Source: Sphagnum compactum
Taxonomy: Eukaryota
Assembly (NCBI GenBank): GCA_965153455.1
Contig: OZ234493.1
Span: 15,428,213 to 15,492,212, forward strand
Direction: 5' to 3'
DNA: 64,000 nucleotides
A model generated the notes under the pieces. The model saw only the letters and a program-made list of their open reading frames with translations. It had not been told where the DNA came from and ran no database searches. The translations under genes were made by a program, and so were the position numbers. Shown here piece after piece: positions 1 through 13,718 of this stretch. Numbering within the stretch: position 1 is the first letter of the stretch; every line of letters begins with the position of its first letter.

Positions 1-2600
1 TGCATACTGGCAGCATTTAAACATTGCATGTCGCAACAACTCCCTATAAATGGTGTTGTCAACCCTAATAGTTGGCAAGAAATAATAGAAGTTAGGGTAG
101 TGGTCATAGTATTTCGATTATTGCCTTCATCTTTTACATATGCCATGATCTTAACATTCAATCCATATGATGTTAACACTTCATTCACTTGTATGGCCAT
201 GGCAGCCCTAGAGGTTTTTGCTGTCTCAAACAAGCCAATTGTTACATGACCAAGCTCCCAATTGTGGTTCAAAAAATGAACAATCAAAATAAAAGTGTCC
301 ACTCCTCCTCTTGACATCCACAAATCAAAACTCACTGTACAAATGTCACAAGCTTCAAGAGCTTCAGAAATGAATTTCTTGTTGGTCTTTTTAGCTAACA
401 GGTCGCCAATATGTCATTCATTAATTGATGCCTTGATGGAAAAAAAACACGAGGATCATGCTTCAAAATTAACCTTATAAGGAATGGTGCCTCAACAAAA
501 GACACCAATTCCTAACAATGAACATGACCAAATCCTCTTCAAATTGAATTTGATGGGGATCATTCTTACTATAAGTATTTCCAAAGAAAGATGTAACGCT
601 GGATGGGGTGGGGCCAGACCTTTTTTTTGTTGATCTTCTATTTCCCAACCCAACAGCCTTCTCCCGTTCAATCCATCAAGTCCAAAATTTTTACTGACTT
701 GTTTCCAAATGTTTTCGGAGTGCTGAAATTCCGTTGGCAGACTTATAGCTGATGATGCCACCCTTTCTAAATCCTACATGTGCAACAATTCAGGGTAATA
801 CAAAACACATATCAATTGCTCAAGTTTAGGGCGACTTGAATTTACTTCTAAAAGGGTGACTAAAACATTATTTATTGCATACAAATCCCATGTTGTGGCA
901 TTACAACTCTTTGGTTTCTAGAAGTTTCTTTGTTTTGCCAATAGTGACCACAATGCTTTATCTATTATAACTAAGGTGGACAAATTTGCATTTGCAGTAA
1001 TATTAAGACTACGAGCATAACCGATAGAAGTTGATGTAGAGGCAAAACCACAAAAATTCGGGTCATTCAGGTCATCTAGGATGCCACCAAACTGTTGCTC
1101 AAGAATAAGGTCAACCAAGGCGTGAATTTGGGGGAGTGTTTCACTATGAAAATCTTCCATTTCCTATAAACATAACGAGGAAACAAAAACCATCAAGAAA
1201 ATGAACAAATAAAGACATGCAAATGAAAACAAAAAATAAACAGAAGCAAAAAAACATATCTAAATGTAGCAACGCACTTGAAGATGGAGATGCACTGCAA
1301 AGTAGAGTGTGAAGCACAAACACCAAAACGAAAAATATTGCAACATAACACTTTGCAAAAAACGAAGCATGAACATGAAAGTGCGATTACTTCAACAAAA
1401 TGAGAAGAACTTCAACAGAGCGAAAAGTGCTTCAACAAAGCGAGAACACTAGAGTGAAAAATACTTCAACAAAACGAAAACACCAAACGAAAAATAGTTC
1501 AATAAAACGAAAACACTAGAACGAAAAGTGTTTCAACAAAACAAAAACACCAAAATGAGAAGTTTCTCAACAAAGCACAAAATGCAAAAAGTAGATTGCA
1601 AAGAACAAAACACTTCAACAAAGCACTTCAACAAAGTGCAAGAAGAATGCAAAAAACAACTGCAAAGCAGCAAAATGCGAAGCAACCTGCAAAACATGAA
1701 CAAAACAATAAACACAAACAACAAAGTGCAAACACAAAAGTACAAACGAGAGAACAAAAATCGCTAAGCACAAATAACATAATCCAAACACAAACCAGAG
1801 AATTCTCACTTGAACGCAATGGAGATGGAGATGAACACCCAAACACAAGCTGAATGTGATGGAAATGAAGACAAGAGCACATTGCAATGGAAACGAATTG
1901 CAAATCAGCACAAACACCAAAGTGTGAAGAAACCTTGATGGAAATAACAACATAAAAAAAACAAAAAAAACCCTAAGGCCTTGATTCCTTAACTTGATGA
2001 AGATCGAAGCGTAATCACAACCTACAATAGAGATGAAGAATAGAAACCAAAGCGTAAATACAACCTGCAATAGAGATGAAGAATAAAAACCAAAGCGTAA
2101 TTACAAGCTGCAATGGAGATGAAGAATAGAAACCAAAGCGCGAGGTGATGACGATGAAAACAAAATGTGAGGAGGCAAAAAGCTTCGTATAGACAATGAT
2201 GCAACTCAACAGTGAAACCTAAAGCGCAAGCGCAAAAAGCTTGGAGACAATGACACAAAAAAAAGACAAGAAAACAAAATCCTTAAATCCCTAAACTAGA
2301 ACTAGAACTAGAACTGGACTTTTGATAAATGTTGGCTCGGGTTCTGGTTCTAAACCTAAACCTTGACCAACCAAACCGGGTCCAATTATCACCGTTTAAA
2401 AAAAATCCTAGGTTAGGTTCTTAGGTAGGTTCCCATGCAACCTAGAACCAAGGTTAGGTTCTCATGTCGGTTCTTGCACCTCATGGTTCCTCGGTTCCGA
2501 TTATTGTTAGCTTTGAACACTTTGAATCCGTTCCAATTCAGGTATTAAGAACTGGAACCGACGGTTCTAACCCGCCAAAGCGGTTAACCACCTAACACTG
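1..2600 (-). mobile_element. Degenerate hAT-superfamily DNA transposon, running off the left edge: transposase remnant ~1-1150, terminus at 2600
   Basis: Minus strand 360->121 translates to LEACDICTVSFDLWMSRGGVDTFILIVHFLNHNWELGHVTIGLFETAKTSRAAMAIQVNEVLTSYGLNVKIMAYVKDEGN. This resembles the Ac-type catalytic region (S.T.D.W.S...HF...W...D..SN). Upstream frames are broken. 2290-2600 is rich in AACC/GGTTC subterminal motifs and ends in AACACTG (= CAGTGTT, a hAT-like TIR start). Confidence 0.7.
2009..2140. repeat. Three tandem 43-bp repeats inside the hAT element
   Basis: GCGTAA(T/A)..CAACCT(A/G)CAATAGAGATGAAGAATAGAAACCAAA units start at 2009, 2052 and 2095. Confidence 0.85.
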
Positions 2601-3327
2601 GTTTAAACCCTGGTTCACCCAAGGCTGATCAAAGAGTGGGGGGCACTAAGTCTAGGCAAAAAATGGGTGATGAATGCTACAAGGAAAGAAAATTTATTAT
2701 TGTGGGTACATCCAAAGCTTATTTTTATTTTATTTTTTGTAACTCTGATTGGCCCTTCACAAAAAAATTTAAATTTTTTCATGCTCCTCAAATAAAAGCT
2801 TGTACTATCAACATAGTAATGTGGGAATAAGTCTTCTTGAGCTCAGGTATATACAATACAAGCCTACACTTTTGCGCAAAGGACATGGGAGAACCCATAG
2901 TGCTAGTGAGGAATATTTTGAGTGCACATTTTTAGGTGCGCGTTGTCCACCTCATTGTTTGAGTTGAATAATTTAATAATTGATTTTCTTGAATTGTTGG
3001 AAATAGCTGATTTTTTAACATTTGTGATAATCCATAACTTTGAGAACCCACTAAAAAAAAGTTGAATCAAAAGCTTGATACCTTGGTCAGTTCTCACAAA
3101 ATCAAATGTTTTAAGAAAGAACCAAACTAGTTCTTAGAACTCTATGAGAAAACTTGAACCATCCAACAACACTAGTGCAATGCACTTGTAATTACGGGAT
3201 TGTTCAAACTTAGAAGTTTCTAATCTTTTAATTAAAAAATGAAATTGGGATGCGTCTCACAATTAATTAATAGAACTAATAATATAGGTGCTTGACAAGT
3301 TGTGCTTCCAATCAATATTGACTCGAT

Positions 3328-3839
3328 AATAAATCAAGTGTTCCACTTTCTACAATGGAACCCCATATTCACTAGTTGGGGATGCCTCACAAGTCCAACT
3401 CTTTTTTTTTCACAATGAGCCAATTTGATTGGCCCATCACCAAAAAAAAGTTGCAACCATGGAGGCTCCCCAAAATAGAAGATTCTATGGAAAGATGGAG
3501 CGCCTCTCCCTTTGGCCGACCTATATAGGTGAGAAGGGGAGGACTTTGGGCAAAACATATGGGATTAAAGCAAAGGTGCTAGCTATTGGGAACACCCTTG
3601 GGGAACACATTGGGAAACCATTGGCAACTTGAAGGGAACAAGTTAGGAACAAAGAAAAAACAAAAAAATCCCCCCCCACCCCCCAAAAAACTTAAATGAA
3701 AAAAAATCAAGACACTTTGAGTCCATGCTGAGCCTTCCCATTGGCTGCATGAAATTTCTATTTTCCAAAACTGTTCATCACCATTTTTGGCCTGGGCTAA
3801 TACCCCCATTATAAACTAAACTGGGGGTACTTATTTATT
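3328..3839. mobile_element. MITE-like non-autonomous element; related decayed copy at ~2690-2900
   Basis: Imperfect terminal inverted repeats: AATAAATCAAGTGTTCCACTTT at the left and AAACTGGGGGTACTTATTTATT at the right. No coding capacity. Internal TGATTGGCCC(A/T)TCAC and GCAAA..ATGGGA motifs recur at 2745-2890. Confidence 0.55.
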
Positions 3840-4359
3840 TATTGAAATGTACACTATTTTCATAACCATAAAACACTAGAAAACAACATGAATTGAAATG
3901 CCCTTCACTCACCACATGCAATTAAAGCATTGTCGAATATATTTGCCAAGTATTGACTCAATTCAAAGGGGGTATTAAAAAGAAATTTTGCACCTTTCTT
4001 TGTGGTTATGGACCATGCATTTGCACATCCAATTTATATTAAAGGCAAAGCTTGAGAGCCCAGCAATTGAAAGGAGAAAAAGAAGAAGAAATTAAAACCC
4101 ATACAACAAAGTTAAAGACCATATTTATACTTAAAAATCATTGACGTATACAAAACTTCAAAGTTGCATTTGAGGAAAAACTCGGTTTTGGTCAAGGATT
4201 TTCTTGTCTTTGAATTCTGAATAATACCATGTAAACCTTAAAATTTGATTAACCTTAATTTTTTCTAGGAATTCCAAACATTGTTACACATGGGTTGACA
4301 ATGAAATGTAGTGTGGGATCATGCAAATACGGTAGGGAACTACCATGGTGTAGGCACCA

Positions 4360-6335
4360 ACGATGGAAATGTAATATTGCAACAAAGAACATATAAGTGT
4401 AGCATCTAGAATCAAAGCACATTTGGGGAATTTGAGAGGTCATGACATTGTAAGGTGTCTTAATATCCTTCATAACATTATTACAAGAATGGTTCTTGAA
4501 ATTCGATTAGTTGAGATGTGGGGGAGCTTTGGACAACTATTCAACAAAGTTCAAATTTTCAATCAAAGTTGTCTTTGTGTCCTACATCAAGGCCACCCCC
4601 TTCACAAACACAAAATAGTCATTACATTGTGTATAGTTATGAAATACCAAGTTGCCATGGACATTTGTGAGTGTTTTTTACAAATGCAACATCCTCATTC
4701 ATGTTGTAAATACCCCAACTTTCAAAACAATCATTCGATTAGTGGCCAAAGTTGGGATAAATGATTTTCATAACCAAACTTAAAGGCTTTGAGGACTAAT
4801 CTTTTGAAAGAAGAGGTGCAAAACATTGTGAATGATTTGGAACCTTCTAATTAGTCTTGGTGAAAGTATGGATGCAACATCATTTTTGATGGGTGGAACA
4901 ATTTCAAAAATAGGCCAATTATCAATATTCTTGTTCCATCTTCTAAAGGCATAATGTTTTTGGATGTAATAGATGCATCTATGTTTGTTGGTCAACCTAT
5001 GACAATCGAGTACATGTTTTAACATATCATGAATGCCATTGAAATATTGAGAGTAGGTATTATTTGTCCAAGTCATCACAAATAATGCCTCAAATTGTCA
5101 TGCCATGGGATAATTGATCATCACTAGGTATTATTATTCAATTTCATGGATTCCATGGGCTACCTATTGCTTGGATCTATTGATTAATGATATTACTAGA
5201 TTGCCTTGGGTGAAGGATGTGGTGACCAAGGGCAAAAAAAATTGTGAAATTTGTGATACAAAACAAAGGTTCTTTTTATTTACAATCATTTAAGGATTTG
5301 GAGATCTTGAAGTTTTCTAAAATTAGATATGCATATATGTTTTTAGAGACATTTGGAGAGACATTTGAAATTTTAACCTACTTTGGAACAAATAATAATT
5401 TGTGATGTTTGGCAAGATTTTAGGACTTTGGGGGAATCTCATTTTGGTTGATCAATTTTTGGTTGATTTAAAAAATATATTGAAAAAATTGCAACCTATC
5501 TACATTGTTTTATGCTTTACTAACCAAAAAAAAATTCACAATTGAACTTTTTTATGAATACATGTGTTACAAGTGGGATGAATTATTGTTAGCATTAATA
5601 TATTGTTTGCATATTAGTTATTCCTAATTGAAGATCAGTGGTCAACATGATGAGACTGGTTCCATTGGACTATCCCCTAAGGGAGGCATTCTTTGTATAT
5701 TTTGGGGAGCACTTGAGATAAAAAAATTATTTTTAAATATGCTATGAAATAATGAAAAATTTTAAGTATATTTTAGAATATAGTAGAGATATTTTCAGTA
5801 TATTCTCATCATGAATCATAAAAATTCTATCTACATTTTAAAAAATTATATTTAAAAAAAGTTGCACCCTATACTTTTTTTGCATTTCATTTGAAATAAA
5901 ATGAAAATGAATTCCCCAAGGCCTATCCACATAGTTGCCCACATTTTATATCCTTTGTGATGGCTAGAACTAGTTAACATTCCTCCAAAATTGCAGGTAG
6001 GGTAGACATCATACCTAAATATTGTTTGCCTTACCTTGGTGATCAAAATGCATTGTACAATGAACTTTTGAAGTTTTTGCACAAAGAGGGACCTTTTTCA
6101 TGAAAATGTGCTTTGTTATGTGAGCCTTTGTTAGGCCCTTATCATGGTGGGAAAATTTGGAGAGACATGTCCCCAAATGCAAACTCTTGCATTGAGGATT
6201 TTGTTTTAGGATTGTAACTCTTGAACATGTGAGTGAGAGGGGAGTTGCTTTGATCTTGTGCAAAAACAAATTTGAATGGATCAGGTTTTTTGCAAATGAA
6301 GAAACTCATGTTTGTCCAAGTGAGCTTGCGAATGA
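4360..6335 (+). mobile_element. Degenerate hAT transposase (BED finger + DUF659 + C-terminal dimerisation domain)
   Basis: Broken frames give WKC/YCNKEHISVASRIKAHLGNLRGHDIVRC (BED-like), KYGCNIIFDGWNNFKNRPIINILVPSSKGIMFLDVIDAS and QVITNNASNCHAMG...SWIPWATYCLDLLINDITRLPWVKDVV (DUF659). SWWEN...QTLALRILF*DCNS*TCE...KKLMFVQVSLRM matches the hATC domain. Many stops and frameshifts. Confidence 0.85.
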
Positions 6336-6827
6336 TGGAATCAATGGCAATATGTGAAGCCTTGAAAACGGTGAACGAATTACATTAATATTACCAAAGT
6401 TCCCACATTTCCCACATTGAAGAAAATGAAAACCATTATGTAGTTCTTCATGAGGAAAATGCACCTAAACCCCCACCAAAATGGTGACATGTTCATAGGA
6501 TAGTGTCGTAGGTGGAATTGACGACTCTTTTTTTAGTGCCTCATTAGAAAATACAAGAGACAATGCCATAAGAGGCATTAATTCAAGTGAGGATGGATTA
6601 GAGACTCAAAAGAATAATTTTCAGACTCGAGTAGAAGCTCAAGAAGAACAAGAATATGAGAAAAATAGTTTGGTGTGTTTGACCATGCTTTAGAAGTTTA
6701 CATGCCTTGTTTCAACAATCTCAACATTGATCGTGTATGTGATTCCATTTCAATTTCAAAATTTTCTTGCATAGTGTATTGACATTTTTTCCGCAACAAT
6801 GAAAATTAGTGTTTGTTTGACGCACTA

Positions 6828-7085
6828 CTACTAGGAAAGAAGTTGGTTGAGGAGGTCTAGTTTGTGACTAAAAGAATGGATTGTTTTGACAAGAACATTG
6901 CAATATGGAAGTTGGAACTAAAGTGCTACTACAATTATTGGTATGCATCAACATATCTGACATGTTGCTACTAGGAAAGAAGTTGGTCAAGGGGGGTTTG
7001 GTTTGTGACTAGAAGCTTGGACGTCTATGGATGACAAGAGCACTACAATCTAGAAGTTGGAACTAGTGCGCTACAATTACTAGGA
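6828..7085. repeat. Diverged tandem duplication of ~140 bp
   Basis: CTACTAGGAAAGAAGTTGGT...TTTGTGACTA...GAAGTTGGAACTA..GTGC..CTACAATTA occurs starting at ~6828 and ~6968. Confidence 0.75.
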
Positions 7086-7217
7086 TCATGACTCAGTCTG
7101 GTGGAAGAGAATTAGGAGTTGTGTTTTGGCATATCCTGGTTTTTATTACTTGCCAAATTTTTTCCTTTCTAGAGAATGCTTTAAAACGGTTTAAAACTTT
7201 TTTTGAACTTTGTTACA

Positions 7218-8013
7218 AAACACTGCGTGATAGGAAGGCAACAACATAAAAGGCTGTTGGGCATGTGGTGAAACTCTGCATACTGGGAATAACTCTATAT
7301 GGTGTGTGTGTGTGTGTGTGTGTTACCATCCCTTCAGTTTCATAGAACTTGGAAATTTAAAGGTCAAACTTTTGCTGTATCTTATGATTTCATTTTACGT
7401 GGCATTTTTCTGTATCCTTTATGTACCTTGTGCATTTTACAAGATGTTGAGATGTAGTCTTTGGCTACGAGTGCATGCTTGCACAATGTCAACATTTGGA
7501 GGTCCCTGTACCATAGTTAATGTGGATTTGTGAACATTCTCACTCTCACAAGGTTCTCTTGATTCTTTTTCTTTCTTGTGATGTGTTGGACACAGTGACT
7601 GAGTTCATGGGGCATCTTGGAGGAGCAATATACTCCACTTTACCACTGGGAATAAAGTTGCAAATCTGAATTCTACCCAAGTGGTTGCTTCCATGGTCTT
7701 AGCAATTAAGCATATGGAGTGGACATTCAGCATATATGCTGGTGTGGGGTTTTGCAGGTGAGTTTTGAGGTGTAGTCCTTTGACTTTTGTCTTTCTCCTC
7801 AATGCCTGCAGTAGAAGTCTGATGCACTTTGTTTTACAATTTCTTTAGGTGTTGTAATTGAGGCGTCCCCATGGTTGGTTGCTGCTTGCCATGGCAGAGA
7901 ATAGCATTTGGTTTCCTGTTAGTAGCACTCTGTGAAATATGGGCACCAAGAGGTCCTTCTCACAACATACCAGATGGAACACTAGGAATGTGTAAAGTCT
8001 ACTATGTTCACTA
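7218..8013 (+). pseudogene. HGSNAT-like (heparan-alpha-glucosaminide N-acetyltransferase family) pseudogene fragment; three relic exons at ~7218-7301, 7681-7757 and 7898-8013
   Basis: Exons translate to KTLRDRKATT*KAVGHVVKLCILGITLY / GGCFHGLSN*AYGVDIQHICWCGVLQ / RIAFGFLLVALCEIWAPRGPSHNIPDGTLGMCKVYYVH*. This matches the plant motif KL...G..LQGG.FHG...LTYGVD...IR..G.LQRIA..YL.VALCEIW. GT donors remain; two acceptors have decayed to CAA; in-frame stops present. Confidence 0.8.
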
Positions 8014-9879
8014 GTGGGAGCTCTTCTCACTCTGCATGAATTGCACTTGCTTTTTTGTATGGTCTACCTACCTATTGCTTGAAAGTTTCTTACTTTGACC
8101 ACCTAATTTGTTGAGGACCAAAGGAAATGGGAACTGTCTCCATTTCTTCAGTAAGAAATATAATCTTCCTAGTCAGAGATTCAATCAATCCTGGTGCTCG
8201 TGGTAGAGGGGCTTGATTTGTCAGGGTGGTGACAACAGCTGGCTCTTCTCAGTATGGCATGTATCCAGCAATGATTGGCCTACAGAATGAGAATTGTATG
8301 TAGAATTCAGAATGCCCTCTCAGTAGGAGGATCATACTCTCATATCTTATACCCCATATGATGGGTCCAACGATACCCATGTTGGTATCTGGTTGGTATC
8401 TGGTATGCCTAAATAAACATTTTGAATATCATAGTATCTTGGTGGCTTCAGCACAAATTAAATTATTTCTAGAAATGCTGAAATTTTCAAAAATAAAAAT
8501 AAAATCAAACAAAAGAATTTTCAAAGGAAAACGAAGAATTGTTGGAATAGTGAATTTTCAAAATTAATTAATTGTTCAACAGACATGTGCTGAAGCTGTG
8601 CCTGTACTAAGGTATATAGTTTGATACTAGTCCCTTTTTATAAGGGGTGTTTTGCAATATCAATAGAGAACTTTCCTTTTCAAAAACTAATGGCGTGGTA
8701 TATTTCTTGATGGTATGCGCCCTGTAGCTTAATTAATTTTTGTTTTCCCCATCACAGTTGCTCAGGTGCAGAGTGTCATTCCCAACCATTTGGCTCTTTG
8801 TCTTGCTCCTAATGGTAGTGGTCACTCTTATATATGAAGACAGCTCTCTAGGTAAGTATCATTAGATTTTAGTCTGTGGATCCATCATGCTGCAAGTGGA
8901 AAAAATGCTTTCAAGATGGATGAGTTGCTATTGGTGTAGACCTTGATCTTCGTGATGAATCCCTTGCAGGGTGGTGGCTCTTGTTTGTCTATAGGATTTG
9001 GGGTGTGTCATATTGGAGCCTAAACCTTAAAGTTGAGTATATTGCAGCTGAAGCAAATGTGGATATCACATTCATGAATGTCCCACTTCTTGAACACAGT
9101 AGTACAACGCAGATCTGCCACACCTGTGCAATGGCTTTTGCCAACCTGAACATATTGAACAAAAATGATGAATTATCACAAACATTTGTTTCAAAAAATT
9201 GTTCCAAACATTATCATGAATAGGTTTTACAACTATAAGTGGATAAGTGACTAAAAATAGCATAAATGACGGGTTTGAATTCATTACAAATGACATAAAC
9301 GATTAGTATAGTCAATAAAGACCAATCATAAATTGGCATTATGGCGTAGTGTTGATAATAGAATCAATGCAAAAATGATGCATCACATTTTTTATGACAA
9401 TTGAAATGTATGAGTAATAATGAATGGGATCATACAATGATATATGGTTCATTATTCTTTCACAAAAGAAGTTGTGCACTTGCAAAATTTTGCATGCATC
9501 TCCAAGGTACATTTTGAAAAAAAAGAATATGGTGCAAACAAATGAGGAGTCTACATGTTGGTGTCACATAAATGGGTCAAACAAATTTCCATGGAAGGTG
9601 CCATTGTTACCAACATAATGTAGCATATTTTTTTTTAATGGCCTTCTTTATGGTAGTTTAGGAGTTGCAAATGTATATGCATCCAATGAATCCAAAGAAA
9701 AGTGCAAACTATAGGAAGATATGTTTTTTAATTTCCCTATAAATTGTAGGTGGATAGTTTTACGAAACTTTAATGGAAAACACTTTGAGAAATCATGTCC
9801 ATTGGACCCATATAACCTATAATTAGAGCTCCAAAACAATTAATATACAATTACATTACAATTAGGACATGGAAATATG

Positions 9880-10909
9880 GGCAATTAATAAATAACATGT
9901 CACATTAGAAAATCAACGAGTTGTACTTTAGTTGCAAATGGGACATCTATATGGTGTAATGTATGCATCATACATATGGATGTAATCAATCATGTTTGAC
10001 TTTTTAGCAAGTTGTATTTTAATTGCATGCAACAACTACAGTACAACTAATGTAAATATAACACCTAATCAGCAACTACATTGCAACTAGTGTACAACGT
10101 TGACACATATGATCATGTCATATGTACACATTTCCCTTGCCCACTAGATATGTCACTGGTAACTAGTTGTCAACTATGATTCCCATTGATACAACTAGTT
10201 GTGTACTATGTTGCAATTGTAACAATATCAATTTTTCATTATTTTGTGATTGTTCTTCAACTATTAATAATTAATAATTTTTAAAAATCATATTTAATCC
10301 TCAATGTTTAATAATGAATTTTTTTTCAATAATTTATTCACTATTACATATTAATTAATATTTAAGAGTTAATTTAAATCAATTAATCTAATTCAAAAAA
10401 TTAGTTTGTTAATGACTCAAATAATTTATTTTAAATAATTGAATAATTAAATAATTTTCTAAATTAAATTGATTCATAAATATTAAGCTCAAATAATTAA
10501 TCATCTACTCCAAAATTCAAGTATAAATTATTTAAAATATTAAATAATAAATTATAATGGATGATGAAGATCAATATTTCAAAAGAGAAAAATTCATCCA
10601 AAATTCCTATAGTGTCACATGTTAGATTTTGATCGATTGATGAAAAATGACGTCAACATGACATTACCATGGTAATTGCAAACTAGTCACATTAGAGTTA
10701 CACAATAGTTATTCCTACAGAGTTGTAATTAAGTTTCATATGTATATGATTTCACATGTATAGTGAGTTGCATTCGTTGCAACTCATGCAACTTGTCCAA
10801 TAGCACTCCCATAGAAAATATGTTGAATTGCAATGAGTTGCAAATGGTCATTGCAATTCAAAAACCCAATTGCAAAGCTAGTTATCAATCACCTCATTTT
10901 CTCATAGTG
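9880..10909. mobile_element. Non-autonomous CACTA (En/Spm) element remnant, right end preserved
   Basis: Ends CCTCATTTTCTCATAGTG (reverse complement CACTATGAGAAAATGAGG) at 10909, preceded by many (A)GTTGCAA/TTGCAACT subterminal repeats in both orientations. Left TIR not found, so the left boundary is approximate. Confidence 0.65.
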
Positions 10910-10999
10910 AAAAGCCTATGTAAAATCAAGTGAAAAAAACCTTGAAAATTGAAGACATTTTCTCTCCTTATGGTAGGAAGTTAAAGTTTTCATGGGATA

Positions 11000-13470
11000 A
11001 TTTAAAAAGTAAGGGAATTAAAATTCTAATTAATTTGGACAAAACTTATATGCCTTGTGTTGGCTAGTTCAAATCTACCACTGATATTGGTGAATACTTG
11101 ATAAAGAAAATGTTGTTTTGTCAAATACCTACCTCTTTTCAATTCTATTTGTTTAGAATGTAGTAACATTAAGTTGAAAGGGCACTGAAAGATGATCGTT
11201 AAATATATTGGTGACTTTATAATATAAAGCAAAGGTTTATGAAGTTGTTATAATCTTGGTGACATTTTTTTATAGGTTTTTTAGCTCAAAGTAATCAATT
11301 AGTTCTACCATGACCACTACAAAAGTAGAATAATAGGTTTTCAGTGAAAGGAAGACCAATTGAAATATGAGCTAAACCATGCAATGGAAGAGTTGCAACA
11401 ATTGTGAATACCTTATCTTACAACACAAGTTGGCTTTCATGCAACACAACCTTAAGGAATTTGAAGATAAGAGAATAAAAGGGTTTGGATATGAGCAAAA
11501 ACCAATTGGAAGCTTATGAACAATTTTATGTTTAAGGAAAAGCCCACCACCAATTTAATTGTAAGTTTTAGGTCCTACACTAGTGTAGTGGTGAGAGATA
11601 GAGTGGTGATGGAGAGTTGTTGTGTGAACTTCTTTATATTGAACTTGTATGTAGAAGTAAAGGTTGACGAGGAAGTGTCAAATGCCAATAACTGAATTCT
11701 TAATTACTTGTTTCAAAAGGTTAAAGGGAATACATGTGAGAGGCTAATGCTACTCATCTTAAAGGAACAAGTCCAAGCTATAGTTATGGAATTAGCACAA
11801 TGCAAAGTTTCAGGCATTGACGCGATTGTCACAAAATTCTACAAAGAACATTAGGTTTTCTTGAACCATGATTTTTGGGTACTGGTGGCAAAGAAAAGTG
11901 TTTAAGGGGCTAACTAAGGGACTCATCATTTTACTACTCAAGAATGGAGACAAAAAAGACTTGAATAACTTGAGAATAATCATGCTTATCAACATGTTTA
12001 ACAAAATCTATGTAAAAGCTCTGCAACATTGTCTTCAACCTATGTTTATAAATATCATGAACATGAACCAATTGAACTTTTTACTACTAAAATACATCCT
12101 TGATGACATTATTTTTATTCATGATATGTTGGATTGGGCAAGAAAATTAGAGCAAAGTTTGGTTTTCTTAAAACTTGATTATTCTAAAGTTTTTTTTAAA
12201 GTATTTTTAGTTTCCTTTTTCAATGTCTACATAAGTTGGGATTCCTTGATGCTTTCATTCGTATGATCCAACCCACATATCTGTTGGTGTTGAAGCTAAC
12301 ATCAACCTTAACAATATAGCCCACCTTCTAAGGGCAAATAAAAATATTACAAATTGGTTCAATGGTTTTCAATGGAAAAGGGGTTTAGGACAAGGAGTTT
12401 TCCAAGCTATTAGGTATGCCATTTGGTTTAGGGTTAAGGTGGGAAATGTGAACAAATTTTTTTTACACAAAGTAAAGAAAATTTTGGTTTATTGGTGCCC
12501 AATCTTTCATTGGTACGATGAATACTAATTTCAACCAAATCTTATTGACATTGTTTTAGTTTATTATTTTAATGTGGGGAGGTTCAAGAAAAGGTCTACA
12601 ACAAATTAAGTCCTTACCACATAACTACTTGTGGGTAACCAAAGAGTAAGCAACCCACAACAAAGTAAAGTGGAAGGACAATTATGTGAAAAAAGGTATG
12701 GGAGCTTGGCTTTAATTGATCTAAAAGAAGGCCTAGTTGCCTTTCTAATTAAGTAGGTGTTGACATGCTTTAGATTTGGGAGCTTCCAACCTACAAATTC
12801 TACTTTGTTATCGGATTAACATGTTCATGTTGGATGAAAGTAATAAATGGGGTCCAAGTGTCAATTGGTTGTTTTGCCACAAGCTCACGACATTTCAAGA
12901 TCCATTATTTGGAAGAAGGTGATTAGGGCCTAGAAAACCATTGTGAAAAATTTGGAATGTTCTTCCCATCTACATATGTGCAAAGCTATTAAACAAATAT
13001 GCATGCAAGTTACATATGAATAGGCAAAGTTGCACAAGATATGCATTTAGGCTTGGTCATTGAAATTTGAGGGAATCAAGTTTCACTTCTCTCAAAGATT
13101 TTGGCATATTGTTGAACAGAATGGAACTCAAAAGTTCCTTTGTGCTCAAAGCAAAGGAGTGTCACCTTTGGGATAGATTACCAAATTAATTTAATGTTGT
13201 AGCAACAATTGGAAGTTAAATTAAGAGTAGCAAAAGAAGGGGAATGGATTAGTCATTTTCTAAGAGGAGAATTCAGACCCTTTCATGGTTGTCCATGCTA
13301 CCAAAAAGTTCAAGCCAACAATTTATGTCATTCCATCAATGTTGGTGATTTCACCTAGTACAAATTTTTATTTGATGGGGGTGTAATCTAAAATGAGTAT
13401 TGATGGATGATGGATGAAGTAATCAAAAGTAACCTCACTTTCAATAGGTCACTTTTTGGTTTTGGAAGAA
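11000..13470 (+). mobile_element. Degenerate non-LTR retrotransposon (LINE, L1/Tx1-like) ORF2, reverse transcriptase part
   Basis: SGIDAIVTKFYKEH* (~PGPDG...EFYK.FW), then ORF 11868-12266 GLIILLLKNGDKKDLNNLRIIMLINMFNKIYVKAL...Q..F...YILDDI...DMLDWARKLEQSLVFLKLDYSK (decayed LINE RT domains 0-3), then KLLGMPFG (~KYLG.P). Boundaries approximate. Confidence 0.85.
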
Positions 13471-13477
13471 ATAGTTG

Positions 13478-13718
13478 GCTCTTCTTGAAGAAAGTTTCAA
13501 GGACTGCAGAAAGAAAGATAGATATTGCAGCAACTCATGCCCCCCAAGCTGCTAACTACAGTTTTTTTCTCATACTTGACTACGTCAGTTCTCTATCTCA
13601 TGAGTGTTGTGGCAATCTGGTTGTTGCCTTCCTTGCAGAAACAAAAGAACGCGTTGGCAAAGCAACTGAACTTGTGTCCTCGGCAAGTGGAAGTGTGGTT
13701 CCAAAACAGAAGAGCAAG
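13478..13718 (+). pseudogene. Orphan fragment of a class II HD-Zip homeobox gene: partial exon plus an 80-nt exon at 13639-13718
   Basis: 13478-13504 encodes ALLEESFKD. TTGCAG|13639-13718|GT encodes [27 protein letters not shown], the HD-Zip II helix 2-3 exon. No start codon and no leucine-zipper exon found nearby. Confidence 0.85.

Noticed and set aside
1144..2260. Many overlapping K/Q/N-rich and F/L/C-rich ORFs
   Set aside because: Low-complexity A-rich DNA inside the hAT element that simply lacks stop codons.
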